Source: Chrysomallon squamiferum
Lineage: Eukaryota; Animalia; Mollusca
Assembly: GCA_012295275.1 (NCBI GenBank)
Contig: CM022665.1
Coordinates: 1,984,001-2,048,000, forward strand
Direction of reading: 5' to 3'
DNA length: 64,000 bases
The notes under the pieces are model-generated. The model saw only the letters and a list, made by a program, of their open reading frames with translations, did not search any database and was not told the DNA's origin. Made by a program: the position numbers and the translations under genes. Of this stretch, positions 28,101-41,000 are shown one piece after another (within the stretch, counting starts at the first letter, position 1; every line of letters starts with the position of its first letter).

Positions 28101-30063
28101 TGAAATATTTCATGAGATATGGCAAGTTTATTAATTTTACAAAATGAATTTTGAAGGAAATTTCACTGATCTGAAGATTGATTTAATAGAATTTGGAAAT
28201 ATCTAAATGAAAAGAAATAAAATGAAGTAAAAAAATACTTCTGATTTATAGTCAATATAACATAGCAAAATGAAATTACACTTCAGTATTATTTTTAATA
28301 ACATTCAAATGAGAAAAACATCAGAATTTATCGTGTCTAATATACTAAATATTTATTATAAAGTATTATTGCTTAATATGGAAATCAAACAGTTTAAAAA
28401 TACAAATTCACTAAATATGACATGAAATAGTGCTATATCTATAATGTTATGTTTACAGACATAACACTATGGATTATAAATATTTCTGTATAATATTTGT
28501 ATGTGATAAAAAAATATATATATTTATTTTCCATTTGTCATGAATTTATTTTAAACATTTGTGACAATTTTTGTGAATGAAACTGAAATCAGTTTTAAAA
28601 AAAAATCTGTATGAAAACTAGTTTGTACAGGTTCACTATGATTTTCTGCTTACACATTATAAATACTGGATTATGTGGATCTTCATTTATGATTTAAAAT
28701 ATATACATTTTTACTCAAAACATAAATTTTAAAAGTGAATTGTTTTTTTTTTCTTTTCGAACTTTGACTTACATATTATTGCCATTATTTACACTAATGA
28801 TAATCAAAAGCAATTCAAGTAAAATAAACTATTTACAAAATACTCTACAGAATTAGTGAAAATCTTCATCTGCAATTATTTATTTTGTAACAAATATTTG
28901 TTCAGTGAATCACAACAAGGGGTACTTGTATTATTATTTTTTTTTTTTCATCCTGTAACAACATACTCTCTGTTTATGTTTGTTGAATTTGCTGCAGTGA
29001 TGACATACAATTGTTTTCATTTCTGTTCATTGAGTAACCTGGCAGACAGGAAAATAACGAGGCCACAGAAGATAATACAATGTACATGATATGTCATTAA
29101 TATGTGTTGTATACACACACACACACACTATTATACAGGTTTACTCGTTATTTCTCCAGAAGCTTTTCTCATACTTCACTGACATATGTCTTACTGCTAG
29201 GGGGCCGTGGCCACAGGATGGCCTCTGTGTTGTAAATATTTTATTTTTGCCATGTTTTCTTTTCATGAGGCATACATTTCTGATTGGCTCACCAGGAAAT
29301 GCTGCCTGGCTTGTGCAGTTTGCCTTTTCAAAACAATCATACAGAGGAACGCTAACAAGTTTTCCATCAAGTTTTTAGTCAGGCGTTAAAATACAGGCCA
29401 TAGAAGTCAAAGTCTTATGCACATGACTACACCACAGTCGGCAGACAGGAAGAAAAAATGCCCTGTTATATTGGATTTCTTCCGAATATATCACCCTACT
29501 CTGTTCACAGATATCCAACTAAAGGAGGGCAGTGAAGTTCTTTTCTGGTATTTCATGGATCAGTGCAACTGAAAATCACATCCAACTAAACTTTCAAGTC
29601 TTTTGCAAAAAGATTACGAAAAAGGGGAAAAAGAGAAATTAGAAAGAAAAAATTAGTTTTTTTTTTCCAAATGCCTCTTCTTGCTCACTTTTGTTTGAAT
29701 GTAATCAGGACTAGGAATATTAAACTGATTTATTCCTTTAACATAGAAGGAAACTAGGAATGGTGTCTAGAAAGATACTAAAATGGTTAAATGTTTGGCA
29801 GATCACAATTATGTCACATTGTAATACATTTTATTTTATTTTATTTTAAAATGTTTTTTGGTTTTTTTTAAAGAAATAAATACAAAAATTAAATTGCTCA
29901 GTTTACAAAAATAACACTGATTCATAAACAAAAAACAGTTATGTTATGTATAAATAAAATAATAAAATGTAATTCGTTGACAGTTTTCACCTTTGACTTG
30001 CCATCTGCAATATTCAACTCCTACCATAAGTGTGTGTGTATATATATATATATATTTTTGATT

Positions 30064-30219
30064 TTTGCAAAATACAATACAGCTGATAAGAAAATGTCAT
30101 TGTTTAGAATCAAAGTTTGCTAAATACAAGTCGGTTTGTAAGTAAATATCATTGTTTAGTATCCAGGTTTGCAAAATAAAAGTCAGCTGATAAGTACATA
30201 TCATTGTTTAGTATCTAAG
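30064..30219. repeat. Minisatellite, three copies of a 52-bp unit
   Basis: Units TTTGC(A/T)AAATA...TCATTGTTTAG(A/T)ATC..G start at 30064, 30116 and 30168. Confidence 0.9.
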
Positions 30220-32092
30220 TTTTTTGTCAGTGTTTAGTATTTCTGTGGCGTACAAACTGCAGAAAGCTATGAACATAAACAGCTAGGCCTGTGTTTAAGA
30301 CTGACACAACACTTCTGTTAAAGTGTTTCCATGCTCAGAATTATTTACACAAAGGCCTGCCAGCAGAGACTGATCTGATACTTGTAGGAAATGAAACATA
30401 TTCTCCCATTTCAAAATAATGGCATTTTCCGTTATTTTCTACATGAGCAAAAGAAGTGTATGGAAAACGATGAGCAACTATAACCCACATAATAAAATAA
30501 AACAAACAAATAACCTCACCAGAACTCGTTCAGAAAATTTCTTTGGCCACATTATAGCTTTAGTTTATAAAAAAATAAGAAAAAATAAGAAAACAAATGT
30601 GGAAGTGATGTCGACTTGTGAGGTTTTGCAACTCATTAAATAAAGAGTTCAGATGAAGGTTGTTAACTGCAGTGAAATGTTGTCTAGGAAACTCTGGACA
30701 ATAATAGGGTTGGTAGAAGATCATTTTATTTTTATTTTATTAATCTTCAAGTTTACCGGACTATCTTAATCCATTTAAGGATATCATGTTTAAGTAGAAT
30801 TTTAAACCAAATTTTGAACTCAGTTGATTTGAACTGAATGAACTGATTTGAATTAAAATGTAAAAAAAAAAATGTAAAAAAAAACTTGTCACAAACAGCA
30901 CCATGTGAACTGAATTAAGGCAAATGATAAGCCATGGCAAAGCTGCACATTAACAGACCTCCTAGTAAATACACCAAGACTTTTATAGATTATCATATCT
31001 GATATACTTAATCTGTCTTTAATCTATACCATGTTGTGACAGATGTCCTGTAAAGTTAGCTTTTCAAACAATAACACCACAGACTATATTCTTTTACACG
31101 CTAATATTTTTCTAATTTCTTGAAATATTTAGAACTGCTGTTGTTGGTTTTTATCTGCTACTGGTTAAAAGTAATGAATTATCTTTCTATTATAATTATA
31201 TTCCATCAGAGCCCACAGTAACTAAGAAAAAATCTATTTACTTTTAATAGATGGAAACGAGACACTACAGAATTCTAGATTAGCTTAGTCTCTTTGAAGA
31301 ATGTTTTTGTTTTTTTCAATAATTCCAGGTTCAGGTACAAGCTATCATTATCATGTATATGGAATGGTAAAATCAGGAGGATTAACTCTTTTAACTTGAA
31401 CTGGTTCCCTGGGCTGCCTCGTCAGAGGTAAGACCAGGTTATTGGGTTAACTAATTGGATGGGCTGTGTAACCTATAAAAAAATGAAATCAAGCCACTTT
31501 GGCTATCCCTGCAGAGACAGACAACTGCAGGTGAAGTAGAATCTGCCTAACAAAGGTTATAATATGCTAATTTAGGAAATACAATTACAACAGCTCCCGT
31601 GTATGATATCGGTACATTCTATCTGCCTTATTGTCATATGTTTTGGCAAGATCTTTATTTATGATATACTAATAATAAGCTGTATACAGTTTCATAGCAG
31701 TTATTTTATCTTAATTAGGATTGTTCCTTAATATCAGGTTATTGTTATCTGTTTTTCCTCTACTAGTAAAAAAAAAGAAAAATAATAAAATAAAAAAAAA
31801 TAATAATATTCAGAGTCTAAAATAGTTTTTAATGATACACACCCATAACATCTGCTTTTAAACATGGCTGAAAGTTGGTTGTGATAAATATACAAATTTA
31901 CATTCATGCCTTATTTAAATGGTTTGATGCTCTAGAATAAAGGAGGGATTACCAAAATGAAAATAGACCTTTTGAAACCATTTAAAAAAAATAAAACGGT
32001 TTGTCCTCTTTTATATTCTTTATAGACTATGCAAACAGGCTTACTGCTTTCCGTGGGTAGGATAAAATACAACAATAATAACAATGTCTTAC

Positions 32093-32225
32093 CTGATTCA
32101 CTGTTGTTCTCAGTGTTAACTGATAAGTTAGTATTTGGTTGACTAGCTGGTATTGGAGTGTCTCCAGATCGTGATGACTGCGTATCATCTTGCTGACTGT
32201 AATTCAGAGTTTGTGATGGTGGTCT
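32093..32225 (-). CDS. Meis: Meis/homothorax linker coding exon (between the HM/MEINOX domain and the homeodomain; equivalent to vertebrate MEIS exon 7)
   Basis: Minus strand reads ttgtatttttcag|AGA CCA CCA TCA ... GAA TCA G|gtaaga. 133 nt, phase 0 in, phase 1 out, no stops. Peptide RPPSQTLNYSQQDDTQSSRSGDTPIPASQPNTNLSVNTENNSES(G) resembles Hth RPPS..L.Y and MEIS DDT.S.RSG.TP...DNSSEQG. Phase matches the 5294 exon. Confidence 0.93.
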
Positions 32226-33924
32226 CTGAAAAATACAATTTAGACAGTTAATTAACAGTCAGAATATTAAAACATGCCTATTAAAATTAAAATTAAATTA
32301 TAAACAAATAAAATTTAAAAAAAATCTGTTTTAAGCCACGTAGAAGCTGCCATTTTAAATATTGCAAAGAAATAGCATTTTTCAATGCAAAATTTTAACA
32401 CAACTGAAAGTGAGTTGAGGATTAGATGACCATTATATCAGCTATACAAGGTAGCTGTTTTAATTATATTTTGCAATATTTTTGTTAGCATGTGTGCATA
32501 GATAGTATATTATATACATAAACATGAGCTTATAAACAAGACTAATATAAACAAATTACACATGAATAATTCATAATCTGCTCACATATGCATATTTATG
32601 TTTCTGTATTTATGTATGTAAATATGTATGTATGTGTGTGTGTAAAATAAAAACAAAAGTGTATTTGTTTACCAAACTGAATATATGTAACAGAACAGTA
32701 TTTTAATATATTTCAACAGCTGCCGTTCATTTTGTTTTTCGTATTTTTTTTTTTTATTATTATTATTTTTTTCAAACATAAAACAAACAAATAAAAAAAT
32801 ATTTATAACGACAATAATGATTAATAAGTGTTTAATTTCACATGGGAAAGTCGTGTACATTATTCATATTTCGTACACATTTCTCTCTGACCCCTCTCGT
32901 TCTCTCTCTGTGACAAAAGTATCTGAACACTGCAGTGAGCTGGAGACCCTTATGCTAACCTCAACAAGACCGATTAGCAGGTATAAGGTAAAAGCTGTGT
33001 GTATAAAGTCACCCTTGCCTCTGTGACTATAATACATAATGAGTTTTCCCTACTACAGATTGTTTGCTTGCTGGAGCCACAGTCTGCTCCTCAGACTTGA
33101 GGTGAGAAAGGATGTCCCTCTCATCAGAATTCACCTGGAGAGCAGGTCTGTATTATGTTCACTGTGAGTACACTCGGGGGCTGTTAGCACATTTATCCAG
33201 TATTGATATGAAAAACTTTGCCAAGTTATGGAAAATGTATACTGGCAGGTTTAAGAGGGATGCAGTGTTTGACAACACAAAGGACCTCAGGCCAATTTTG
33301 TTATATTCATCTCTTTAAAAAAATAATATAAAAAAAATATCATAAAGAATATATTTTCAATGTGCCCCACTCTTCAACATGCACAAAAGAAGTTGTAGGA
33401 ATTGTACGTGTGAACCAAATTAAAGGTGTGAAAAATATATAGTCACAGACTATCAAGAAATGATGGCTAATTATCAAGCAGGGACCACTGACTGTTTTCA
33501 TGAGTTGGTTCTCTTCACTTGAGACTGAAAGAAAAAACCTCTGCTACTTGAGAAATACGGGGACAGCTTTAGTCAACTGACTCGCCCTGTCTATGTTTGA
33601 CAGAAATTTAATCCAGCGTGACGAAAGGAGCAGACACATATATTTATTGAAACTCATCAACAAGTCAAAACACAAAAGAAATAAAGTTTTATATTCAGCA
33701 AATTAAAAGTTGTGTGAAAGACGTGTTGTCTGTGCCTCTAAATACATCCCGTTTAGAATTAAACTGAAAGAAATTAGATATGTATGACCGATGTATGTCA
33801 CGCTGTGTAACTCTATTATTTCCAATCAGAACAACTAATCAACTAATTTAAACTTCCACATCAGGTTTGAAAATACTGACAACAATGTGACCAACCTGCA
33901 GTACTTGCTAAGTATTAAACATGT

Positions 33925-33998
33925 TTGTTTTTATTTTAGGACCCACAGTATAATGTATAAATTGTTTTTATTTTAGGACCCACACTGTAATGTATAAA
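33925..33998. repeat. Two-copy tandem duplication, 37 bp
   Basis: TTGTTTTTATTTTAGGACCCACA..T.TAATGTATAAA occurs twice. Confidence 0.9.
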
Positions 33999-35024
33999 CT
34001 ATACAAGTATACTACCAAGACTCAAAACTAAGAATTGTCAATTTAATACCAACCTTGTTACTTCTGACTGATACAAGTGATTTATTTTTTAGTTTAAAAC
34101 AATTAAAACAATAGTGGGAACAGCCTTGATAGATTGTCTAATTAACATAATATATATATATGGCTCAAAAACCTAAACACTATAATTTAATAACAGTGTG
34201 TTTTGCATTTAAAACAGTTCAAGTTGAAATTTAATCCTTTGCTTTCACAATTAGTCTTATTATGTTTACATGTTTAAAAATATATTTTAAAAATAACTTG
34301 CATATTATGTGCACATGACGTTTTGCAATAGCCATATTGGTTTCAGTATATTTCAGAAAGACAAACTGCATTATTTACTTACAAAGTTGTTTTTTTCTCA
34401 TTTTAATTTTGCCATGTCAATTTTATGTTTGCCTTTCTTCTTCTAAAAACATTTCAGTAAAACCTATACACCATTAACACTGATCTTAAAACACCCAAAT
34501 AACACAAATACTTAACAAATATTAACAATGGAACCAAATCAAGAAATTACATCTATATTTACATTCCTAGAGCTAATACATTGACTTAGAAAACATTTAT
34601 AAGATGTTAAGATAGGAGGCTTATTGCATTCACATTCTCAAGTCATTACACGCACAATTTCTCTGCAAAGGGGGTGGCCTTCAACAGCATATCACAAATC
34701 TTAATGAATATATCAAGGTTTTCCTGTGATATCTCTACTTTTTCAAATGAGTTTTATATTTGCCTAGTCTACAAAATGGAAATGCAGCTCAGTATTTTTT
34801 ATATGGTTAATTGTAATTCGAATTTAAACCCTCCCAAAAAAACAGCAACAAACAATTTAAACTTTAAAAACTGAAAAGTGAATATAAAAAAAAGTCAAAT
34901 ATTTAAAAACAAATTCATTAAATTAATTAATAAGTAAATGAAACTATATAAAAACAGTAAATAAAATGAAAGAAAAAATCAAAATTAAATAAAAGCTATT
35001 TTTTGTAAATAATAAATACTTAAA

Positions 35025-35068
<44 letters not shown>

Positions 35069-38000
35069 TTTTAAAAAGAATGAAAAGTTGCATTAAACAG
35101 TTTTATCAGTCTTCAAACCGGTAAACTATTTTATAATAATATTTGACCTTCTAATTACCTTTTCTATCAGTATACAGTTATCTTGCACACTGCGGTTGTC
35201 AATAGCAATGAACATTAATTAAAATTTCATAAATAATTTGATATCAGTGCTCTAACATCCAGAAATAAATTGCTTGTGTTGGTTCATTATTAAAAATATA
35301 AATTTTTAATCTTACATATTCATCTGAATCATGCAACTCAGCAGGTCTGTGTGCAAGGCATATATCACAAGTGAAGTGTTATGAAAAAGCCACAAAGCAG
35401 CAGAACTGATAAAGTAAGGTGGAAATACTTCTGCCAAAATTATAACTGGTGGATTCTTAGCTTAGTAACTTCCTCCAATTTGGTGAGAACACAAGATTAC
35501 ATATGCATACTGGCAGATGGATGGACCCACCTAGAGCACATTATATCCAGCTTTTAATATGTACATTATGTTTGTAGCAAGAAAATATGTAAAATTTCCT
35601 GAGTAGATGAAGGTAGAAATTTACTTGGATGAGAAAAATGCTTCAGGTTAGCTATAAGTGGAAAGGAGTGCTAAATGCATGCGCTCACCTGCCTAGACAG
35701 AGCACACTTGGAATGCAGGACTATACAATAATCCAGAGGTATTTTAAACTGACGTGTGTGGCTGATGTTCAATGTTAAATTATACAATAAAAGAGTGAAG
35801 CATGAAAAGAGAGGAAATTCTACAGTATCTGGTGTTGTGTGTGAGGGTATGCTTGACTGGGTGTCCAATTCTTTTCACAACACACACCGTGTCTTAAACT
35901 TCTCAAATATCCACACTACAGCCAAATTATTCACCACCTATTGATTCAAAATAAATGTCTTCCAGCAGACTACACATAAATAACACACACTCTTTACAGT
36001 GTTAACCTACAATATTTAACGTTTTAAAAAAAAATACTTAGGCTTTACAAATTTTATTCTTTGTTTCGCAGCAATATTATTTGATTATCCGAGTATATAT
36101 TACATATGAGTGTGTGTGTTTACGTTTTGAATGTAAACATATTATGTATTTAAATGTATTGTCATTAAATGACTTTTCAAATTATGAAGATATAAAAAGT
36201 ATAAAAATAACTGACATTTACTTTTGCACCTACTCTACAAAAAAAACACTTTTAAAATTAAAATCCTAATTAATTCTCGGGTTCAGAATCTCTCTCAAAT
36301 AAAATTTATTAATAAAAGAAGAAAGATTAAAACAAAACAATGAGGATTTGATGATGAGCAGCATGATGTAATTATTGTTTATTGTAGTTGGAAACCTGTG
36401 TGTATGTCAACATCATTTTAACACCCTGACCTCTGTATCCATGATACTAGTGTTCACCTTACTCATAACCCTGCACACCTTGTACTGAATTCCTGTCCTC
36501 ATTCTGTCCACTCACTCACGTACCACTGTACACAACACACTGACCATTCGTGATGACCTACAGATTATTTAACTGCTTCAACTTTAAGATAATGACAGTC
36601 ATTTGGGTCACATTTATATAAGCTCCAAACAGTGTGCGACAGTAATCCTAACCACAAAGCCAGTTATCACTTTTAAAAGCCATCTCCAATGATCAGAATG
36701 ACTTAGACTGTTTAAAGTGATCCAGCGAGGTTTCTCTTGCAGCAGTACACGTCATGCAATGTCCTTTTAGTCACAGTATTAATTAACATCACAGTGAACT
36801 GTCAACAGGTTTTGAGAAATTATTTTAGAAATTTAAAAGTGAAATAGTTTGTGCTAAAGTTGACTGAATTGAACGTGAAAATAATCAGAAAATTCTACAG
36901 AGTATAATAAATAAATAAATAAATAAATAAATAAATTAAATTAAATTAAATAAATAAATAAATAAATAAATGAACAAACAGTTACTTAAATGTTGCAGAT
37001 ATCTTAATTATAAAAATTAAAATATTTCTTTTAAAAACTAACATCACTTTAATCTGTCGCTAAACCTTCTTTCTTCTTCTTTTTATAATTATAATTTCAT
37101 CTTTTTTTCTTAAAAACACCAATATGTATGTAATCTATAATCCTATACAGCTGATCTTAAACTTTTATAAAATAATTATATATTTTCCTTTAAAATTTAT
37201 GATGACAATAACCGAGATTTTCTAATGAGCAAAATTCAATATTAGAGAAAGTTTCCTAAAATAGTTTACATATGTCAGGATATGAGTGATCTCAGTTCAG
37301 ATTGTATCTAATGTATGTTCACTCAACCATTCAATTATCTCTACATCTGGATATTAATCATGCATTAAAACTGAAATCACCAGTATATCTAAGCGAACAA
37401 TTACCCAGGGATTATTATGGGTGCCTGTAGCAGTGCATGTGCATGTATGTTATAGACACAGTCTGAGAAACATGTCAGTAAATATGATTGAACATTTATT
37501 TTATGACATCTCAACATGTTTTGTTAATAACAAGTTACATCAAGTGTCAGAATTAGCTAGGGTTTTTAATATAATAATTATATGAGAATGAGATAAAAAG
37601 CAGACCTCTGCCACCACTTCATAAGTAACTCTTAACAATCACTTCTGTACACCTTCCCTTAGTGTGCAAAACACATACCACAACATTCAATAAACCTGTC
37701 CAATGAAGTATAAAATAAAACAGAAATAATAAAAGTAAAAGACAATCAACCCTCTAAAATATATATATATATTTGGGCGAAACAAAAATATAATTTTTTA
37801 CTTCATTTCAAACATTTTTTATTAATCCTCTCTGGACTTTTTTTCTCTTTAGTATGTGCCGTTTGTTTGTTTTATTTGTTTTTGTTTGTTTTTTTACTAC
37901 AAGCAGATGCACTAGTAATAACATAAATAATAACAATTAACATTTTTAAGTAAAGGACATGAAAACAAAAAAAAATGACGCTTATTTTCATTCAGCTACA

Positions 38001-41000
38001 TATTTTAATAGATGAACCATTTTCCTCTCTCACAAAACTACACAGTTAATCAAATAAATTAAGCTGATAGAAACTTGAACAAGACAAACAACCACAAATT
38101 CCATTTACGTTCATATTGTTGTGACTTATATTGCCAAATAAATTACAAGTTTATTATATTTTCCTTTCCCTGGACTCTTGAAAACCCAGTATCATTTAGC
38201 TAAAGCCCTGTGTAAACAGATGTCTGCAGCAGAACTGTTTTCTCAATAAGAGCATGTATGTTTTGCTGTAAAAGTCAAATCCATAGAAAAGATCACTGTA
38301 TAATATGCCTTGAAGAAATGTTGTTGATCCTCCCATAAAATCTTTTTCAAAATGTAAAAGTGATCACACTGCTGAGCATATAAACATTGAGAGTGAGCCT
38401 AGCTTGAGGCAACACCTTCAGCAGCACAGACACATCAACTACTTAGTAAAAAGATGAAATTTGTCAAAAGATCAAATACACTGACTGTATCACTTAGACT
38501 GAATGAAGCCCTGAGGCTGACATGTTTGTCAAAATACCCATCCTCCATGAATATATCCTTTTCAGTTTCCGTATCGCTTTATTTCTATTTTCTTTTCATT
38601 TTTGTATCCTTTTTTTATTATTAAAAAAAACCCCTCTTATTCTCCATCTCCTTACACCTTCATTACACTGACATGCAATAAACAAGTTCTACCCTCCAGT
38701 TTTATTTGGCTGTTAGATCAATCAATTTGTCATAAGAAACTCCTGCTAGCAGGTCAGGTCATCGCTTTTTATTCTAGACAAATCAAGTGAAACAGTTTAG
38801 AACCAGGCACAGTCCATATTCCACAGTGATCATTAATGACTTAGAAGTCAGTCACAAAGTGAAGTGAGTTTATTCTATTCTCTTTTAGCATCTTTATGAC
38901 TTGACTTACCCTAAACCACTTACCACCTATAATTATTAACCCCTGATGATGAATAGCAGTCAAGTACTTATTATATACAACCAGCATTTGGCCTCGAAAA
39001 TGAGGGTGAAAAAAAAAGAGTAACACATACATGATGAAGTCATAAAAACTGCCAGTCTGGAATGAAATGGTTAATGATTAAGGAAAACAGAAGGTGCTAT
39101 ATGTACAGGAGAAGAAATATAAATTATCCTACAGAAATAGTTTTATCAACTGTTTCATGGAACATTAAAATAAGGAAAGAAAAAACATACAAGCATATGT
39201 TATCATTTAGTCTTTGCCCCATAAAAACCCCAGCTGAGTGAGGTCTAAGTATCAACCCATCCATTCACAAAACTCTAAACAGCATCTGTCTAATTGTACC
39301 ACAAACCTCGGTTGGTACTGTCCTGTCTACAGAGTTCCAGCACAGTGATCTATACCTTTTTCTTTTCTTTTTCTTTTCCCTTTTACATCTTGCTTTTAAT
39401 TTAACTTAAAGCAGCTGATTATTTTATGTCCAAAACAATAAATATTTTGTGATATTTAATAATAACAGTTATTATTATTGGATTATATATTGCAAAACAT
39501 AATTTTAATTACATTTAATAATAATTATTTTTTATAATGAAATCATATATTTAATAATTATAATTATATTATATAATAATTATTTTATTTCATAACAAAA
39601 ACACAAACAACCAGTAACATGTGAAATAATTATATTTACATTTTCTAATGACTATAATCTTGTTCACAGATCCACTGAATATAAGTAATTGAAATAATGT
39701 ATTTTATTATACATCAGACAGTGTGTCACAGAACAACAAATTCATGGTAACATGGTAGGTGTGCCATTTTAATTCATTTCAGCCAATAATATTTCTACTG
39801 GAAGATTATTCTCTTTACTGGGAAATATCCTTTTTAAATAAGATGTATATTGATATTATACCCTTAAAAAATAAATTAATACATTTTTTTTCCTGTCATT
39901 CTTTTTTTAATAATTTTTTTTATATATATTTTATAAACATTTAAAAGGTTTTGACTGAAATAAGAATTTATTTTGGTTTTAATTTTTTTTGTGTGAGTTA
40001 AATTTCAAAACTTTTAATGATTATTCATGACAAAATTATTTTTTATTAAGATGTTTTTTTATTTTATTTTATTAATTGTAATTAATTTATTTATACATTT
40101 AATTTCATTTAAATTTAATAACTTATTAATAATAAAAAATAAAAAATAGAATAATAAAAAGTAAAAAATAAAACTAGGATAAGCAAATAAAAATAAAATG
40201 TAATGTATTATGTAATACAGTTGTGAAGTATAAAATAAATAAATGAATGAATAAATAAATAAATAAATAAAACCTTATAACTTTATGATTTATCCATAAA
40301 AACTCAAACATGTTTTATTACTTAACATTTCTTCTTTTCAACTTCATAGTGAAATTAAAAATAATCTGTTTCATAAATATCTTTTCTATATCAAAATAAA
40401 TTTAAAATTTGATTAAATGAAGATTGCAAACAGTGACCCAAATAAGATTTCCTTTTTTTGTAAAAAAGTTTACAACTAAATATTTTAATATCATTTACAA
40501 CTTGACAATAGTATAACTTTTCAACATTTAGTCTATCTCACTAACCATTTATAAATAAATTTACCATTAATATAGTTATTTATTTCTACAAATAATTGTC
40601 AAAAAGAAGAAGAAGAAGGAAAAAAGAAGAAAAGAAACCCTTAACAAATAAATATATAATTTATTTTTTTTTTTTTTTTTTTTTAAATAAACAAATCCAA
40701 TAAAGGCCAAACTGTTTAAATTTCAAACTGACAAAGTATTTTTTTTTTTTAAATCAAACAGCAATAAAAAAAAAAAATTCTTTCTTTCTTTTTCTTAATA
40801 TAAATTTGTACAGAAAAGAAGAAGAAGAAGAAGAAGAAGAAGAAAATTCTCTTTAAATAAGACACAGGTGATTTCACATGTTTAATAATATGGTAATTTT
40901 ATCCCCCATAATATAATATATGAAATATTTCATTACATGCAATATAACAACAACAAGGGAAGCAAGACAACGTAATAGACGTCATTTGAAAAGCTGGGCT

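Larger units (their letters stand above)
5295..32092 (-). other. Meis: GT-AG phase-1 intron of Meis, 26,798 bp
   Basis: Donor GTAAGA at 32092 and acceptor TTGCAG at 5295. Splicing gives the continuous ...NNSES-G-DGLDNS reading found in MEIS proteins. Additional small exons are not excluded. Confidence 0.85.

Noticed and set aside
30064-30219. Repeat array as CRISPR-like
   Set aside because: Whole 52-bp units are repeated with no unique spacers, the context is a eukaryotic intron, and there are no cas genes.
35684-35780. Strong minus-strand donor CAG|GTGAGC as an extra Meis exon
   Set aside because: No upstream acceptor gave a phase-compatible, Meis-like peptide.
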